Shown here piece after piece: positions 45,525 to 56,868 of a stretch of 64,000 bases of DNA (the first letter of the stretch is position 1; each line of letters starts with the position of its first letter). The DNA is from Rhodospirillales bacterium (GTDB lineage Bacteria > Pseudomonadota > Alphaproteobacteria > Rhodospirillales > Defluviicoccaceae), in assembly GCA_016793925.1 (NCBI GenBank), contig JAEULH010000068.1:40483-104482 (forward strand). Reading direction: 5' to 3'. The translations under genes were made by a program, and so were the position numbers. The notes under the pieces were generated by a model, which saw only the letters and a program-made list of their open reading frames with translations, searched no databases and was not told where the DNA came from.

Positions 45525-46502
45525 TCAGGGCAGAAGCACCGTCGAGCCGGTTGTCTTGCGCGCCTCGAGATCGCGATGGGCCTCGGCCGCGTCGGCCAGC
45601 GGGTACGTCCGGTTGACGTGGATCTTGACCGCGCCGCTGCGGACCACGTCGAACAACTCGCCGGCCGTCTTGCGCAAATCCTTCGGATCGGCGGTGTAGG
45701 TCATCAGCGTCGGTCGGGTCAAAAACAGCGAGCCCTTCGCCGACAGCAGGGCGGGTTCGAAGGTTGGCACCGGCCCCGAGGCGTTGCCGAACGACACCAT
45801 CATCCCCATCGGTCGCAGGCAATCGAGAGAGTTCATGAACGTCGACGCGCCGATCCCGTCGTAGACGACGGCGACGCCGCGGCCGTCGGTAATGCTTTTC
45901 ACCGCGGCAACGAAATCCTCGCGGGTGTAAACGATCGGGTGAGCGCAGCCGTTCGCCTTGGCCAGCGCCGCCTTCTCGTCGTTGCCGACCGTGCCGATGA
46001 CGGTCGCGCCGAGATGAGCGGCCCACTGGCAGGCGATCAGGCCGACCCCACCGGCCGCGGCGTGGATGAGCACGGCGTCGCCCGGCTCGACGCGGTAGGT
46101 CCGGCGAAGCAGATATTGCGCCGTCATCCCCTGCAGCATCATCGCCGCAGCCTGCCGGTCGGCGATTTCGTCGGGAAGCGCGACAACGCGGTCGGCCGGC
46201 ATCAACCGCACCTCTGCATAGGCCCCGACCGGACCGCCGGCGTAGGCGACGCGATCGCCGGGCTTCAGCCCGGTGACGCCTTCGCCGACGGCATCGACCA
46301 CGGCCGCTGCCTCGAGCCCGATGCCGCTCGGGAGCGAGGGCACCGGATAAAGGCCGGTGCGGTGATAGACGTCGATGAAGTTCAGGCCGACGGCGGTCTG
46401 GCGGAGCCGGGTCTGGCCAGGTCCGGGTTCGCCGACATCGACCTCTTCCCAGCGCAGGACTTCGGGGCCGCCTGTCTCGTGAATTCGGATCGCCTTGCTC
46501 AT
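45525..46502 (-). CDS. qor: NADPH:quinone oxidoreductase (zeta-crystallin type MDR)
   Basis: MSKAIRIHETGGPEVLRWEEV...AAAGGVGLIACQWA. Confidence 0.85.
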   Translation of the reverse strand: MSKAIRIHETGGPEVLRWEEVDVGEPGPGQTRLRQTAVGLNFIDVYHRTGLYPVPSLPSGIGLEAAAVVDAVGEGVTGLKPGDRVAYAGGPVGAYAEVRLMPADRVVALPDEIADRQAAAMMLQGMTAQYLLRRTYRVEPGDAVLIHAAAGGVGLIACQWAAHLGATVIGTVGNDEKAALAKANGCAHPIVYTREDFVAAVKSITDGRGVAVVYDGIGASTFMNSLDCLRPMGMMVSFGNASGPVPTFEPALLSAKGSLFLTRPTLMTYTADPKDLRKTAGELFDVVRSGAVKIHVNRTYPLADAAEAHRDLEARKTTGSTVLLP

Positions 46503-47011
46503 CACGCTGTTCCTTCCTGCCTGCGTCTTCGGGAATGGACGCCACGATGCGCCTCTGCAGGCTTTGTGACTATGCCTTCGAGGGCAAGCAGCGCCGCCTT
46601 GGTCGCGATCCCGTCGCCCCCGGAGTAGCCGCACAATGCGCCGCCGGCGCCGACGACTCTATGACATGGGATGATGATCGGGATCGGATTGCGGGCGCAG
46701 GCGCCGGCCACCGCTCGCGGCGCGGTGCCGAGGGCGCGCGCGAGCTCGCCATAGGTGAGGGTGGTTCCCCACGGAATTTCGCACAGGTGTTGCCAGACCC
46801 GGCGATGGAAGGCGCCGCCGGCCGGGTTGACCGGGACGGTGAAGGTCATCGGCGCGCCGCCGAGGTAGGCTTGCAGCTCCGCCACCGCCTGCTCAAGTCC
46901 GGCACCCGGCGCGGCCGTCGCCGCCCGGCCCCAGTCGAGCGCGACCACCGCTGCGTCCTCCACAAACACGGTGAGCATGCCGAAGGGGGAAGAGAGCGAG
47001 GCGTGTGCCAT
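46502..47011 (-). CDS. ogt: methylated-DNA--protein-cysteine methyltransferase
   Basis: Active-site IPCHRVVGAGG motif and TYGELARAL. Confidence 0.85.
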   Translation of the reverse strand: MAHASLSSPFGMLTVFVEDAAVVALDWGRAATAAPGAGLEQAVAELQAYLGGAPMTFTVPVNPAGGAFHRRVWQHLCEIPWGTTLTYGELARALGTAPRAVAGACARNPIPIIIPCHRVVGAGGALCGYSGGDGIATKAALLALEGIVTKPAEAHRGVHSRRRRQEGTA

Positions 47012-47014
47012 CGC

Positions 47015-49060
47015 CTACATCGCCGCGGCAGGCGCGGCGTCCGCCAACCGCGCGAGGAGCTCTGCCGGCGTCGTCGACGGAGGGCCGCAGGTCTGGCCGG
47101 TGCAGACGTAGGCGGTGGCGGCGCCGTCGATGGCAGGCTTCCCGGCCGCAGGATGGCCGGCGGGCAAGTCGCCATCGGCCTCGACGCTCATGACGAAGCG
47201 GACCGCGCTCGGCGACTGCAGGGCGGTACTGCGGAAAGCCGACGCAACCGGGTCGCCGGGATCGTGAACGATGACCACCTGGCTGGCGGCGACGAGGATC
47301 TCGTACGCTGTCATCAGCCCGGGGACACCGAGCAGATATTGCGGGTTGCTGCCGGAGAAGACCTGCACGGCCGCGTCCGCGGCGTCACGGTAGGCGACCG
47401 TGCCGGTGGCAAAAAACAATCCCGCCAGGACCTCGATCATGGTCCCGTTTCCGGAAGGGACGGCATTGTCGAAGGCGGCCTTGGGACGGGTGATGACGTC
47501 GGTCGTATCGTCGGCCGAGGTGAAGTAGCCGCCGGCACTGCGGTCGCGAAAGTGCCGGTCGGCCACGGCCACCCAGGCTTCGGCCTGGTCGAGGTAGGCG
47601 CGTTCGCCGGTGACCTGGAACAGGCTGAGCGCCGCGCGGCTCATGTTGGCGTAGTCCTCCAGCACCCCGGGATGGCGGGCAATCCCGGCGCGCCAGACGT
47701 GGCGGAGGCGCTGGCCGTCGCTCATCCGGGTCGTGACGAAGCGGAACGCCGCGGCGGCCGCCTCGATCCACCCCGGCTGTTCGAAGACGGCGCCCGCTCC
47801 CGCGAGCGCGGCGATGGTCAGCCCGTTCCAGTCGGCGAGCACCTTGTCGTCGCGACCCGGCGCGACCCGCCGGCGGCGGACGGCGAGAAGGCGTTCCCGG
47901 CAACGGGCGAGAACGGCCTCGTCGTTGGCCAGGCCCGCCGCGCCGATCCGGTTGAGGATGCATTGACCCTCCCAGTTGCCGCCGGGGCGGACATCGTAGG
48001 CGGCCTTGAACGCCGCCGCATCGCCGCCGAGGATCGCGTCGATTTCCGCTTCGCTCCAGACGTAGTACTTGCCCTCTTCGCCTTCGCTGTCGGCGTCGAG
48101 GGCGCTCGCAAAGGCGAAGCTGCCACCGTCCGGCGCATCGACCCGCATCTCCGTCATCAGCCAGTCGACGGTTTCGGCGATGCGCCGGGCATAGAGGGGG
48201 GTGCGGGTTTCGAGCCACACCTCGGTCAGGAGGTCGACGAGCAGGGCGTTGTCGTAGAGCATCTTTTCGAAATGGGGAACGAGCCAGATCTCGTCGGTCG
48301 CGTAGCGGGCGAAGCCGCCGGCGAGATGGTCGTAGATGCCGCCCTGGCAGATCGCGTCGAGCGTCGTCGTCACGGCCTCGCCGAGGGCTGTTTCGCCGCT
48401 ACGCTTGTACGCGCGCCAGAGAAAGCGAAAGAAGGTCGGCTGCGGGAACTTGGGCGCGCCGCTGGTGCCGCCCTTGTGGGCGTCGACCAGGCGCAGGGCA
48501 AATTGCGCCGCCTCGTCGAGCGTCTGCATGGTGAGCCCGGTCCCCGGCTCCGGCGACTGCATCTTGGACAAGCCGGCGCGCAGGGCGGTGACATTGGTCT
48601 CGACCTTCGCCCGGTCCGAGCGGTAGGCGTCGGCGATCGCCTGGAGCAACTGGGGAAAGCCGGGACGGCCGTAACGCGGCGTCGGCGGGAAGTAGGTTCC
48701 GCCCCAAAAAGGTTCGCCGTCCGGGGTAAGAAACATCGTCAGCGGCCAGCCCCCCCGCTCGCCCATCAGCGCCAGCGCCGACTGGTAGATGCCGTCGATG
48801 TCCGGGCGTTCCTCGCGATCGACCTTCACGCTGACGAACCGCTCGTTCATCAACCGGGCGATCTCGTCGCTTTCGAAGCTCTCGTGGGCCATGACATGGC
48901 ACCAATGACAGGCGGCATAGCCCACCGACAGCAGGATCGGCTTGTCCTCGCGCCGGGCTTCGGCGAGAGCGTCCGGGCCCCACGGCCGCCAGTGCACGGG
49001 GTTGTCCTTGTGCTGGAGCAGGTAGGGGCTGATTTCCTGGGCGAGGAGGTTGCGCGACAT
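47015..49060 (-). CDS. thioredoxin-domain (DUF255/YyaL-like) protein
   Basis: [18 protein letters not shown]...[20 protein letters not shown]. The start is set at the internal ATG 49060. Confidence 0.85.
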   Translation of the reverse strand: MSRNLLAQEISPYLLQHKDNPVHWRPWGPDALAEARREDKPILLSVGYAACHWCHVMAHESFESDEIARLMNERFVSVKVDREERPDIDGIYQSALALMGERGGWPLTMFLTPDGEPFWGGTYFPPTPRYGRPGFPQLLQAIADAYRSDRAKVETNVTALRAGLSKMQSPEPGTGLTMQTLDEAAQFALRLVDAHKGGTSGAPKFPQPTFFRFLWRAYKRSGETALGEAVTTTLDAICQGGIYDHLAGGFARYATDEIWLVPHFEKMLYDNALLVDLLTEVWLETRTPLYARRIAETVDWLMTEMRVDAPDGGSFAFASALDADSEGEEGKYYVWSEAEIDAILGGDAAAFKAAYDVRPGGNWEGQCILNRIGAAGLANDEAVLARCRERLLAVRRRRVAPGRDDKVLADWNGLTIAALAGAGAVFEQPGWIEAAAAAFRFVTTRMSDGQRLRHVWRAGIARHPGVLEDYANMSRAALSLFQVTGERAYLDQAEAWVAVADRHFRDRSAGGYFTSADDTTDVITRPKAAFDNAVPSGNGTMIEVLAGLFFATGTVAYRDAADAAVQVFSGSNPQYLLGVPGLMTAYEILVAASQVVIVHDPGDPVASAFRSTALQSPSAVRFVMSVEADGDLPAGHPAAGKPAIDGAATAYVCTGQTCGPPSTTPAELLARLADAAPAAAM

Positions 49061-49225
49061 GGGCAGACGTTCCCGGCGCTGGAGGCTGTCGTTGACGCGC
49101 TGCCCGTTGCGTCGAGCGGCACGCTGCCTTAGGTTGGGCGCAGCGGCACGGCGTACAAGCCCGCATCCCCGCGGTTGCGGTGCAAACGGCGGGCGAACGG
49201 TGGCCACGACAGTCAGGTTGAGCCC

Positions 49226-49480
49226 ATGAAAATCCATATCGACGTCGATTGCACGCCCGAAGAGGCACGGACGATGTTCGGTCTTCCCGACGTCAAGCCG
49301 ATGCAGAACGCACTGATGGCTCAGATCGAAGAGCGGATGAAAAAGACGCTTTCGGCCATGGAGCCGGAGGCCTTGTTCAGCATGTGGCTGCCGGCCGGCG
49401 TCCAGGGCTTCGAGCAGTGGCAGAAGTTTGTGTGGTCGCGGCTGACCGGCGGCAAGGACGAGGAAAGCGCGGAGCGGTGA
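49226..49480 (+). CDS. small conserved protein (DUF6489-like, from memory)
   Basis: [23 protein letters not shown]... The stop overlaps the GTG of the next gene (GTGA). Confidence 0.55.
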   Translation: MKIHIDVDCTPEEARTMFGLPDVKPMQNALMAQIEERMKKTLSAMEPEALFSMWLPAGVQGFEQWQKFVWSRLTGGKDEESAER

Positions 49481-49815
49481 GCGCGGGTGCCGGCGACGAG
49501 CCGTATTTCCGCTGCCACGTCTTTTGTTGCGTCAACGAACGCCCCGAGAACCATCCGCAAGGCTCGTGTGCGCGAAAAGGCTCGGTGCGCCTGCGCAACT
49601 ACATGAAGGCGCGGGCCAAGGAACTGGGCCTTGACGACGTGCGGATCAATGCGGCGGGGTGCCTGGACCGGTGCGCGCTCGGGCCGACGATGGTGATCTA
49701 TCCGGAGGGCGTCTGGTACCACTACGAGACGCGCGACGACGTCGACGAGATCCTCCAGCGCCATCTGATCGACGGCGAGCGGGTTGAACGCCTCGCGCTC
49801 CGCCGCGACGCCTGA
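49477..49815 (+). CDS. (2Fe-2S) ferredoxin-domain protein
   Basis: [10 protein letters not shown]...GSCARKG...[21 protein letters not shown]. Confidence 0.75.
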   Translation: MSAGAGDEPYFRCHVFCCVNERPENHPQGSCARKGSVRLRNYMKARAKELGLDDVRINAAGCLDRCALGPTMVIYPEGVWYHYETRDDVDEILQRHLIDGERVERLALRRDA

Positions 49816-49868
49816 GCGCGCCTGCGGCCGCTCGCCTGCCCACTGACCGCGCGGCTGCTCCCCTTTCG

Positions 49869-51206
49869 ATGACGGACCAGACGATCTTCGCCCTCGCCTC
49901 CGGTCGGGGCCGCGCCGGCATTGCGGTCGTCCGCGTTTCGGGGCCCGATGCTGCCGCCGCCCTTGCGCGCATCGCCGGCCGCCTGCCGCCGCCGCGCCGG
50001 GCGCATCTCGCTCGGTTGAGCGATGGCGACGGCGAAGTTCTCGACGAGGGTCTGGTGCTGTGGTTTCCGGCGCCGGGCAGCTTTACCGGGGAGGACACGG
50101 CAGAGCTTCACCTCCATGGCGGCCGCGCGGTCACAGACGGCGTGCTGGCGGTGCTCGGCCGCTGTCCGGGATTGCGGCCGGCCGAGCCCGGTGAATTCAG
50201 CCGGCGGGCCTTCGCGAACGGCAAGCTCGACCTGACTGCGGCCGAAGGCCTGGCTGACCTGGTTGCGGCCGAGACCGCGGCGCAGCGGCGTCAGGCCTTG
50301 CGGCAGATGGGCGGGGCGCTGGCACGCTTGTACGAAGGCTGGCGGCAACGCCTGGTCGGCGCCCTGGCGCAGGTCGAGGCCGCCATCGACTTCGCCGACG
50401 AGGACATCCCCGACGACCTGGAAAAGCGCGTGCGGGCAACGGCCGCGGGGCTGGCGGCCGAGGTCGGCGCGCACCTGGCCGACGGCCGCCGCGGCGAGCG
50501 GCTGCGCGAGGGAATTGACATTGCGATCGTCGGGCCGCCCAACGCCGGCAAGTCGAGTCTGCTGAACGCGCTGGTCGGTCGCGCCGCCGCAATCGTCTCG
50601 CCGCACCCGGGCACCACCCGCGACGTCATCGAGGTCGCGCTCGACCTCGGCGGCTACCCCGTGGTGCTCGCCGACACCGCCGGGCTGCGCGTACCCGTCG
50701 AGGCGATCGAGTCCGAAGGCATCGCCCGGGCTCGGCGGTGGGCGGGCGAAGCGGATGTGCGCCTGGTTGTCCTCGACGGTGCCGTGTGGCCTCGGAGCGA
50801 TGCCGAGGCGCTGGCCTTGGCGAACGGCGACGACGTGGTGGTTGTCAACAAGGCGGATCTTTTCGCCCCGGCTGCGGCGGAGAAATACCTGCAGGTGGTA
50901 GGCCGTGAGGCCTTGGCGGTGTCGGCACGCACCGGCGCCGGCCTGGACACGCTGGTCCGCGCCCTGGAGACCAAGGTCGCAACGCGGTTCGATGCGACGG
51001 CGGTGCCGGCCTTGACCCGCGCCCGCCATCGGCAAGCGCTGGAGCGGTGCCGGGACGCGCTCGAGCAGGCGGTGTGGGGCGGCGGGGCGGAATTGGTGGC
51101 GGAGGATCTGCGTTGCGCCGCGGAGGCCCTGGGCAGGATCACGGGACGGGTCGACGTCGAGGAAATCCTGGACAGGATTTTCCGGGAATTCTGTATCGGC
51201 AAGTAG
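49869..51206 (+). CDS. mnmE: tRNA modification GTPase MnmE
   Basis: TIFALASGRGRAGIAVVRVSG...GPPNAGKSSLLN...C-terminal FCIGK. Confidence 0.95.
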   Translation: MTDQTIFALASGRGRAGIAVVRVSGPDAAAALARIAGRLPPPRRAHLARLSDGDGEVLDEGLVLWFPAPGSFTGEDTAELHLHGGRAVTDGVLAVLGRCPGLRPAEPGEFSRRAFANGKLDLTAAEGLADLVAAETAAQRRQALRQMGGALARLYEGWRQRLVGALAQVEAAIDFADEDIPDDLEKRVRATAAGLAAEVGAHLADGRRGERLREGIDIAIVGPPNAGKSSLLNALVGRAAAIVSPHPGTTRDVIEVALDLGGYPVVLADTAGLRVPVEAIESEGIARARRWAGEADVRLVVLDGAVWPRSDAEALALANGDDVVVVNKADLFAPAAAEKYLQVVGREALAVSARTGAGLDTLVRALETKVATRFDATAVPALTRARHRQALERCRDALEQAVWGGGAELVAEDLRCAAEALGRITGRVDVEEILDRIFREFCIGK

Positions 51207-51207
51207 C

Positions 51208-51223
51208 TGTTTCACGTGAAACA
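51208..51223. promoter_or_regulatory. parS centromere site (perfect TGTTTCACGTGAAACA)
   Basis: 16-bp perfect palindrome identical to the canonical ParB-binding parS consensus. It lies 2 nt after the mnmE stop. Confidence 0.85.
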
Positions 51224-51278
51224 CGCGCCGCGGACCCCTTTTTGACAGGATTGACCCCGGCCTATAGAGTCCCGCGCC

Positions 51279-53156
51279 ATGGAAAGCTTCGACGTCATTG
51301 TTATCGGTGGTGGGCACGCCGGCTGCGAAGCGGCGGCGGCCTCGGCGCGCCTCGGCGCCCGCACACTGCTGCTCACGCACAACACTTCGACCATCGGCGA
51401 GATGTCGTGCAATCCGGCGATCGGTGGGCTTGCCAAGGGCCAACTCGTACGCGAGATCGATGCGCTCGATGGCCTGATGGGGCGAGCCATCGATTGTGCC
51501 GGCATCCAGTTCCGGGTGCTGAACGCAAGCAAGGGCCCCGCCGTGCGGGGGCCGCGGGCGCAGGCGGACCGGCGGCTGTACCGCCAGGCCATGCAGGCGC
51601 TTCTCGCCGCGCAGGAAAACCTGACGATCCGCGCTGGCACGGCCGAGGATCTCGCCTACGACGCGGGCGGGCGCATCGCCGGCGTGTGCACCGGCGACGG
51701 AGGGACGCTGAACGCCGGCACCGTGGTCATTACCACCGGGACATTCCTCCGCGGCGTCATCCACATCGGCGAGACGCAGACGCCGGCCGGGCGCTTCGGC
51801 GAGCGTCCGGCGACGGCTCTGAGCGACGGTTTCGCTCGGCTCGGCCTGGCGCTCGGCCGGCTGAAGACCGGGACCCCGCCGCGGCTCGACGGGCGGACGA
51901 TCGACTGGGCAGGGCTTACGGCGCAGGCCGGCGACCGCCCGCCTCGGCCGTTTTCGTTCCTCACCGACCGGATCGTAACGCCTCAAGTCCTCTGTCACGT
52001 GACCGAGACGACGGGGGCTACCCATGCAATCATTCGCGCCAATCTCGACCGGGCGCCGCTGTATTCGGGCCAGATCGAGAGCGTCGGACCGCGCTACTGC
52101 CCGTCCATCGAGGACAAGGTGGTGCGCTTCGCGGACCGCGACCGCCACCAGATCTTCCTCGAGCCCGAGGGCCTCGACGACGACACCGTCTACCCGAACG
52201 GGATCTCCACCTCGCTGCCGGCGGAGGTCCAGCGCGCCCTGGTCGCCAGCATTCCCGGCCTCGAGCACGCCCGCATCCTTCGACCCGGCTACGCCATCGA
52301 ATACGATTTCGTCGACCCGCGCGAGCTGACGCCCGGCCTCGAAGTGTTGCGCGCACCGGGGCTGTTCCTTGCCGGCCAGATCAACGGAACGACCGGCTAC
52401 GAGGAAGCGGCCGGTCAGGGACTAGTGGCGGGGGCCAACGCCGCGCTGAAAGCCGGCGGCGGCGCCAGCTTCAGCCTCGGACGGACCGAGGCCTATATCG
52501 GCGTCATGATCGACGATCTGGTGACCCTCGGGACGGCAGAGCCGTACCGCATGTTCACCTCCCGCGCCGAGTACCGGTTGTCGCTGCGAGCCGACAACGC
52601 CGATCGTCGCCTCACCGGGATCGGCATCGACGTGGGCCTGGTCGGAAGCGAGCGCCGGCGCGCGTTTGCCGCAAAGAGCGAGGCCCTGGCCACGGCGGCG
52701 GCGCGTCTCGGCGCGCTGGCGGCCGACACCTCGGTGTTCGCGACGCTGGGTCTCGCCGTCAGCGACGACGGCAGGAAGCGCACGGCACGCGATCTCCTGG
52801 CGTGCGGTGATGTATCCGTGCACCGGCTCGCTCAGGTCTGGCCTGACCTGGGGGACATCTCCGCGGTGATTGCGGAGCAGCTCGAAATCGACGCCCGCTA
52901 CGACGGCTATCTCAGGCGGCAGGAAAGCGACGTACAAGCCGTCCGCCGTGATCAGGCCCTGGCGTTGCCGGGCGATCTCGACTACAGCGGCATTTCCGGG
53001 CTGTCGAACGAGGTCGTCGCCAAGCTGAGCGCCGCGCGTCCGGCGAACCTGGCGGCGGCGGCGAGGCTCAGCGGCGTCACGCCCGCGGCGCTGACGATCC
53101 TGCTCGGCCACGTCCGACGCTCGGCGGCGGACGAGCGTCCGCGCCGCAGCGCCTGA
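51279..53156 (+). CDS. mnmG: tRNA uridine 5-carboxymethylaminomethyl modification enzyme MnmG
   Basis: [16 protein letters not shown]...MSCNPAIGG. Confidence 0.95.
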   Translation: MESFDVIVIGGGHAGCEAAAASARLGARTLLLTHNTSTIGEMSCNPAIGGLAKGQLVREIDALDGLMGRAIDCAGIQFRVLNASKGPAVRGPRAQADRRLYRQAMQALLAAQENLTIRAGTAEDLAYDAGGRIAGVCTGDGGTLNAGTVVITTGTFLRGVIHIGETQTPAGRFGERPATALSDGFARLGLALGRLKTGTPPRLDGRTIDWAGLTAQAGDRPPRPFSFLTDRIVTPQVLCHVTETTGATHAIIRANLDRAPLYSGQIESVGPRYCPSIEDKVVRFADRDRHQIFLEPEGLDDDTVYPNGISTSLPAEVQRALVASIPGLEHARILRPGYAIEYDFVDPRELTPGLEVLRAPGLFLAGQINGTTGYEEAAGQGLVAGANAALKAGGGASFSLGRTEAYIGVMIDDLVTLGTAEPYRMFTSRAEYRLSLRADNADRRLTGIGIDVGLVGSERRRAFAAKSEALATAAARLGALAADTSVFATLGLAVSDDGRKRTARDLLACGDVSVHRLAQVWPDLGDISAVIAEQLEIDARYDGYLRRQESDVQAVRRDQALALPGDLDYSGISGLSNEVVAKLSAARPANLAAAARLSGVTPAALTILLGHVRRSAADERPRRSA

Positions 53157-53170
53157 GCGCCGACGGCGGC

Positions 53171-53186
53171 TGTTTCACGTGAAACA
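53171..53186. promoter_or_regulatory. parS centromere site (perfect TGTTTCACGTGAAACA)
   Basis: Second identical 16-mer, 15 nt after the mnmG stop. It contains the predicted GTG start of rsmG (53179). Confidence 0.85.
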
Positions 53187-53838
53187 TGCGCGGCCTCTGG
53201 CGCCCGAACAATTCGCCGCGCTCACCGGCGCGACGCCGACCACCATGGAGCGCCTTCGCACCTATCTGGCGCTCCTGCACAAGTGGCAGCGGCGAATCAA
53301 CCTCGTGGCCGCGTCGACCCTGGCAGATCCGTGGCGCCGCCACCTGCTCGACTCGGCCCAACTGGTTCGGTTGCTGCCACCGGCGAACCTGGCCACCGCT
53401 GCGTCCACTGCCAGCACGCCCGGGCCGTCGATCGCCGACCTCGGCAGCGGCGCCGGCTTTCCCGGCCTGGTCCTCGCGGTGTTCGGCGTCGGACCGGTCC
53501 GGCTGATCGACAGCGATTCGCGCAAGTGCGGCTTTCTGCGCGAGGCGATTCGCGCAACCGAAGCCCCGGCCGAGGTGGAAGCGGCGCGCATCGAAGCGCT
53601 TCCACCGCTGGGCGCTGCGGTCGTCACCGCCCGCGCCTGCGCACCCCTGTCCGCGTTGCTGGGCCATGCGGCTCGCCATCTGGCAACGGATGGCGTCGGG
53701 CTGTTTCTGAAGGGGCGAACGGCTGGCGCGGAATTGACGGAGGCTGAGAAAACATGGAAGATGAGCGTATCGCTCATTCCCAGCATGTCGGACCCTTCGG
53801 GCAGCGTTGTTCGAGTACAAGCGATCCGCCCGCGATGA
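53179..53838 (+). CDS. rsmG: 16S rRNA (guanine527-N7)-methyltransferase
   Basis: LLHKWQRRINLV...RHLLDS...DLGSGAGFPGLVLA. The exact start is uncertain (GTG 53179 or a later ATG). Confidence 0.9.
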   Translation: MKHARPLAPEQFAALTGATPTTMERLRTYLALLHKWQRRINLVAASTLADPWRRHLLDSAQLVRLLPPANLATAASTASTPGPSIADLGSGAGFPGLVLAVFGVGPVRLIDSDSRKCGFLREAIRATEAPAEVEAARIEALPPLGAAVVTARACAPLSALLGHAARHLATDGVGLFLKGRTAGAELTEAEKTWKMSVSLIPSMSDPSGSVVRVQAIRPR

Positions 53839-53878
53839 CGGATAGCCCAATGAAAAGCCCAATGAAGAGAGCGATCCG

Positions 53879-54691
53879 ATGACGGCCCCGACGGCCTCTT
53901 GCGGAACCTGTCGCATCGTCGCCATCGCCAACCAGAAGGGCGGCGTCGGCAAAACGACGACGGCCATCAATCTGGGAACGGCGCTTGCGGCGATCCACAA
54001 GCAGGTTCTGGTCATCGATCTCGACCCGCAGGGCAACGCCTCGACCGGCCTCGGCATTCCGGTCGCGGATCGCCATCCGAACACCTACGACGTCCTCAGC
54101 GGCGAGGTGCCCGTCGGCGCGGCGTGCCTCCAAACCCTTGTTCCCGGACTGCACGTCGTCCCGGCCGGCGTCGATTTGTCCGGCGCCGAGGTCGAACTGG
54201 TGAGCTCCAAGCGGCGCGAGTACGTGCTCAAAACGGCGCTCGGTCGAACCCTTTCGACCTACGACTACGTCCTCATCGACTGTCCGCCGGCGCTCGGCCT
54301 GCTGACCATCAACGCTCTGGTCGCGGCCGACGCGGTGCTCGTGCCGTTGCAGTGCGAATTCTTCGCGCTGGAGGGCATCAGCCACCTGCTGCGCACGATC
54401 GAGCGGGTCAAGAAGACGTTGAACCCGACACTGGGCATCCAAGGCATCGTTCTGACCATGTACGACAAACGCAACAGACTGTCCGAGCTGGTCGCGGGGG
54501 ATGTCCGCGCCCATTTCGGCGAGCGGGTCTACGAGACGGTCATTCCCCGCAACGTGCGCGTTTCCGAAGCGCCCTCCCATGGCCGTCCGGTCCTGATCTA
54601 CGACACGAACTGCGCCGGATCGCTGGCCTATCTCGCTTTGGCGAGCGAGATCCTGCGCCGTGAGAAGCGTGCAGCGGCGGAGGTGGCATGA
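53879..54691 (+). CDS. parA: chromosome partitioning ATPase ParA
   Basis: IVAIANQKGGVGKTTTAINLGTALA. Confidence 0.95.
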   Translation: MTAPTASCGTCRIVAIANQKGGVGKTTTAINLGTALAAIHKQVLVIDLDPQGNASTGLGIPVADRHPNTYDVLSGEVPVGAACLQTLVPGLHVVPAGVDLSGAEVELVSSKRREYVLKTALGRTLSTYDYVLIDCPPALGLLTINALVAADAVLVPLQCEFFALEGISHLLRTIERVKKTLNPTLGIQGIVLTMYDKRNRLSELVAGDVRAHFGERVYETVIPRNVRVSEAPSHGRPVLIYDTNCAGSLAYLALASEILRREKRAAAEVA

Positions 54692-55755
54692 TCGGCTCCG
54701 AAGGCAAGCGGCGCAACCTGGGGCGCGGACTTTCGGCCCTGCTCGGCGACGAGGAGAGCGACTACGCCCGGCTGGATCAGCTTCGCGCCTCCAAGACGGT
54801 CTCCGTAGCGCAGCTCCGTCCGGGCCGGTTTCAGCCGCGTCGGATCATGCGCGAGGACGGTCTGGAGGAGCTCGCCCGCTCGATCGCCGATCGCGGCGTG
54901 CTCCAGCCGCTGCTGGTGCGGCGGCATCCCGAAGAGGAGGACGCCTACGAGATCATCGCCGGCGAGCGCCGGTGGCGCGCCGCACAGCGCGCGCAGGTGC
55001 ACGAGGTTCCGGTCGTCGTCAAGGAACTGTCCGACGGCGAGGCGCTCGAGATCGCCCTGGTCGAGAACATCCAGCGGCAGGATCTTTCACCCCTGGAGGA
55101 GGCGGAAGGCTATCGCCGCCTGATGGAGGAGTTCGCCCACAGCCAGGACGACCTTGCCCGCAGCGTCGGCAAGAGCCGCAGCCATGTCGCCAACATGATG
55201 CGTCTGCTCAGCCTGCCCGACCCGGTTAAGGAGTTGGTCGACGAGGGCGCACTCTCGGCCGGGCATGCCCGAGCGCTCGTCGCTGCGGACGATCCGGAAG
55301 CGGCGGCGCGACTGGTGGTCAAGCGCGGCCTGAACGTCCGCCAGACCGAGAACCTGGTCAAGGCGACGCGGGCGGCACAGGTGCGGCGGCCGGCGGCGGA
55401 AAAGGACGCCGACACGCTGGCCCTGGAACGCGATCTCAGCGCCCTCCTCGGCATGGCTGTGGGCATTCGCTTTCGCGGCAGCGCCGGCACCCTCACCCTG
55501 CACTACCGCTCCCTCGAACAACTCGACGATATTCTGCATCGGCTCAGTCATGGCGCGCGCGGCGGCGAAGCCCGGGCGCCCGCAGCGGACGGCGAGCGAA
55601 AAGACGAGGCAGGCGAGGCACGCGACCAACGGGCGGCGGCGGATGATGCCGGCGCCGAGCCTGACCCGGATGCCGACGAAGTCGAGGCGGTCGGAGCGAA
55701 TGACGGCGCGGTGGCGGCGGAGGGCGACGACCGGACAGAGGCGTCGCCGAGCTAG
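54688..55755 (+). CDS. parB: chromosome partitioning protein ParB
   Basis: LGRGLSALLG...GERRWRAA...ENIQRQDLSPLEEA...GKSRSHVANMMRLL. Confidence 0.95.
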   Translation: MIGSEGKRRNLGRGLSALLGDEESDYARLDQLRASKTVSVAQLRPGRFQPRRIMREDGLEELARSIADRGVLQPLLVRRHPEEEDAYEIIAGERRWRAAQRAQVHEVPVVVKELSDGEALEIALVENIQRQDLSPLEEAEGYRRLMEEFAHSQDDLARSVGKSRSHVANMMRLLSLPDPVKELVDEGALSAGHARALVAADDPEAAARLVVKRGLNVRQTENLVKATRAAQVRRPAAEKDADTLALERDLSALLGMAVGIRFRGSAGTLTLHYRSLEQLDDILHRLSHGARGGEARAPAADGERKDEAGEARDQRAAADDAGAEPDPDADEVEAVGANDGAVAAEGDDRTEASPS

Positions 55756-56868
55756 TCAGGTCTTGCAGCGCTCCATGCTGGACGACGGGCGCTCCGCCGC
55801 GACCTGCGCGATTCGCCACAGCATGCGGGTGGCGATGGCCTGGGCGGGCGCACCGGTTGCCTTGCAGGCAAGCTCCGCCTCGAGGACGAGACGAAGCGCT
55901 TCGCCGAGGCGGGGAAGGGTCCAGATGCGCAGTTGGGTGCGAAACGCCGTCTGCGCCTTGTAGAAGACCGGCGGACGAAGAGCGGCCATGGCCTGCTCGG
56001 CGCTCCGCCCGGCCGCGACCAGTCCGGCGGCGAGATGGAGGCGTTGGAGGTGGCGGGCGGCGGCGCGGATGACGCTGACCGGCTGGACCGCCGAGGCGAA
56101 CGCCAGCTCAAGCGCGCGGTCGAGACTGACGACGTCACCGGCCGCGGCGGCCATGGCGATGGCGTCCAGCGACGACTCGCGGCTGTCGCCGATGCAGGCA
56201 ACGACGTCGGCGAGCTGGACCGTCCGCCGCGCCCTCTGCTCGGCGCTCTCCGCATCGCCTCGGCCGCGACCAACGGGGCCGCCGTTCGAAGCGCCGATGT
56301 AAACGATCAGCTTTTCGATTTCGCCGCGTGTCAGTGCGCGGTCGCCACCGAGATGGGCGACGAGGTAGGCCATGGCCTCGTCCGTGATGCTGAGGCGCGC
56401 GTCCGCGAGCATCGCCGCTGCGAGGCGCTGCACACCGGCCTCGTCATCGCTGTAACAGGGTATCGCGATCGCGCTCTTCGCGCCCTCGAACACGGATCGC
56501 AAAGCCGACCGCTTGCCCAGATCGCCGGCCTCGACGATCAGCAGCGAGCCGGCCCGGGGCCGCGCGAAGGCGTTGCCGATCGGTTCCGCAGCCGCGTCGG
56601 TCGCCTCGCGAAGGCGAACCGCACGGGCGCCGCCTGCGAGCGAAAGCGAGGCCATCTCGTCGGACAGACGCGCCGGGTCCTCGCGGACGTTGGCCATGGA
56701 GACTTCGCTCAGGCGGAACGGATCGGGCGGATCGCCGGCAACGGCGCGACTGAGGGCATCGGCGCGCTCGCGCACCAGACCGCGATCGGGTCCATAGATG
56801 AGGACGGCGCAGACGGCCGGGTCGGGGCGGCGGAGAAAGGCCTCCAGCCGCCCGGCCGCCAATTTCAT
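55756..56868 (-). CDS. holA: DNA polymerase III delta subunit
   Basis: LIYGPDRGLVRERA... at the N-terminus. Size and position next to lptE and leuS fit holA. Confidence 0.85.
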   Translation of the reverse strand: MKLAAGRLEAFLRRPDPAVCAVLIYGPDRGLVRERADALSRAVAGDPPDPFRLSEVSMANVREDPARLSDEMASLSLAGGARAVRLREATDAAAEPIGNAFARPRAGSLLIVEAGDLGKRSALRSVFEGAKSAIAIPCYSDDEAGVQRLAAAMLADARLSITDEAMAYLVAHLGGDRALTRGEIEKLIVYIGASNGGPVGRGRGDAESAEQRARRTVQLADVVACIGDSRESSLDAIAMAAAAGDVVSLDRALELAFASAVQPVSVIRAAARHLQRLHLAAGLVAAGRSAEQAMAALRPPVFYKAQTAFRTQLRIWTLPRLGEALRLVLEAELACKATGAPAQAIATRMLWRIAQVAAERPSSSMERCKT

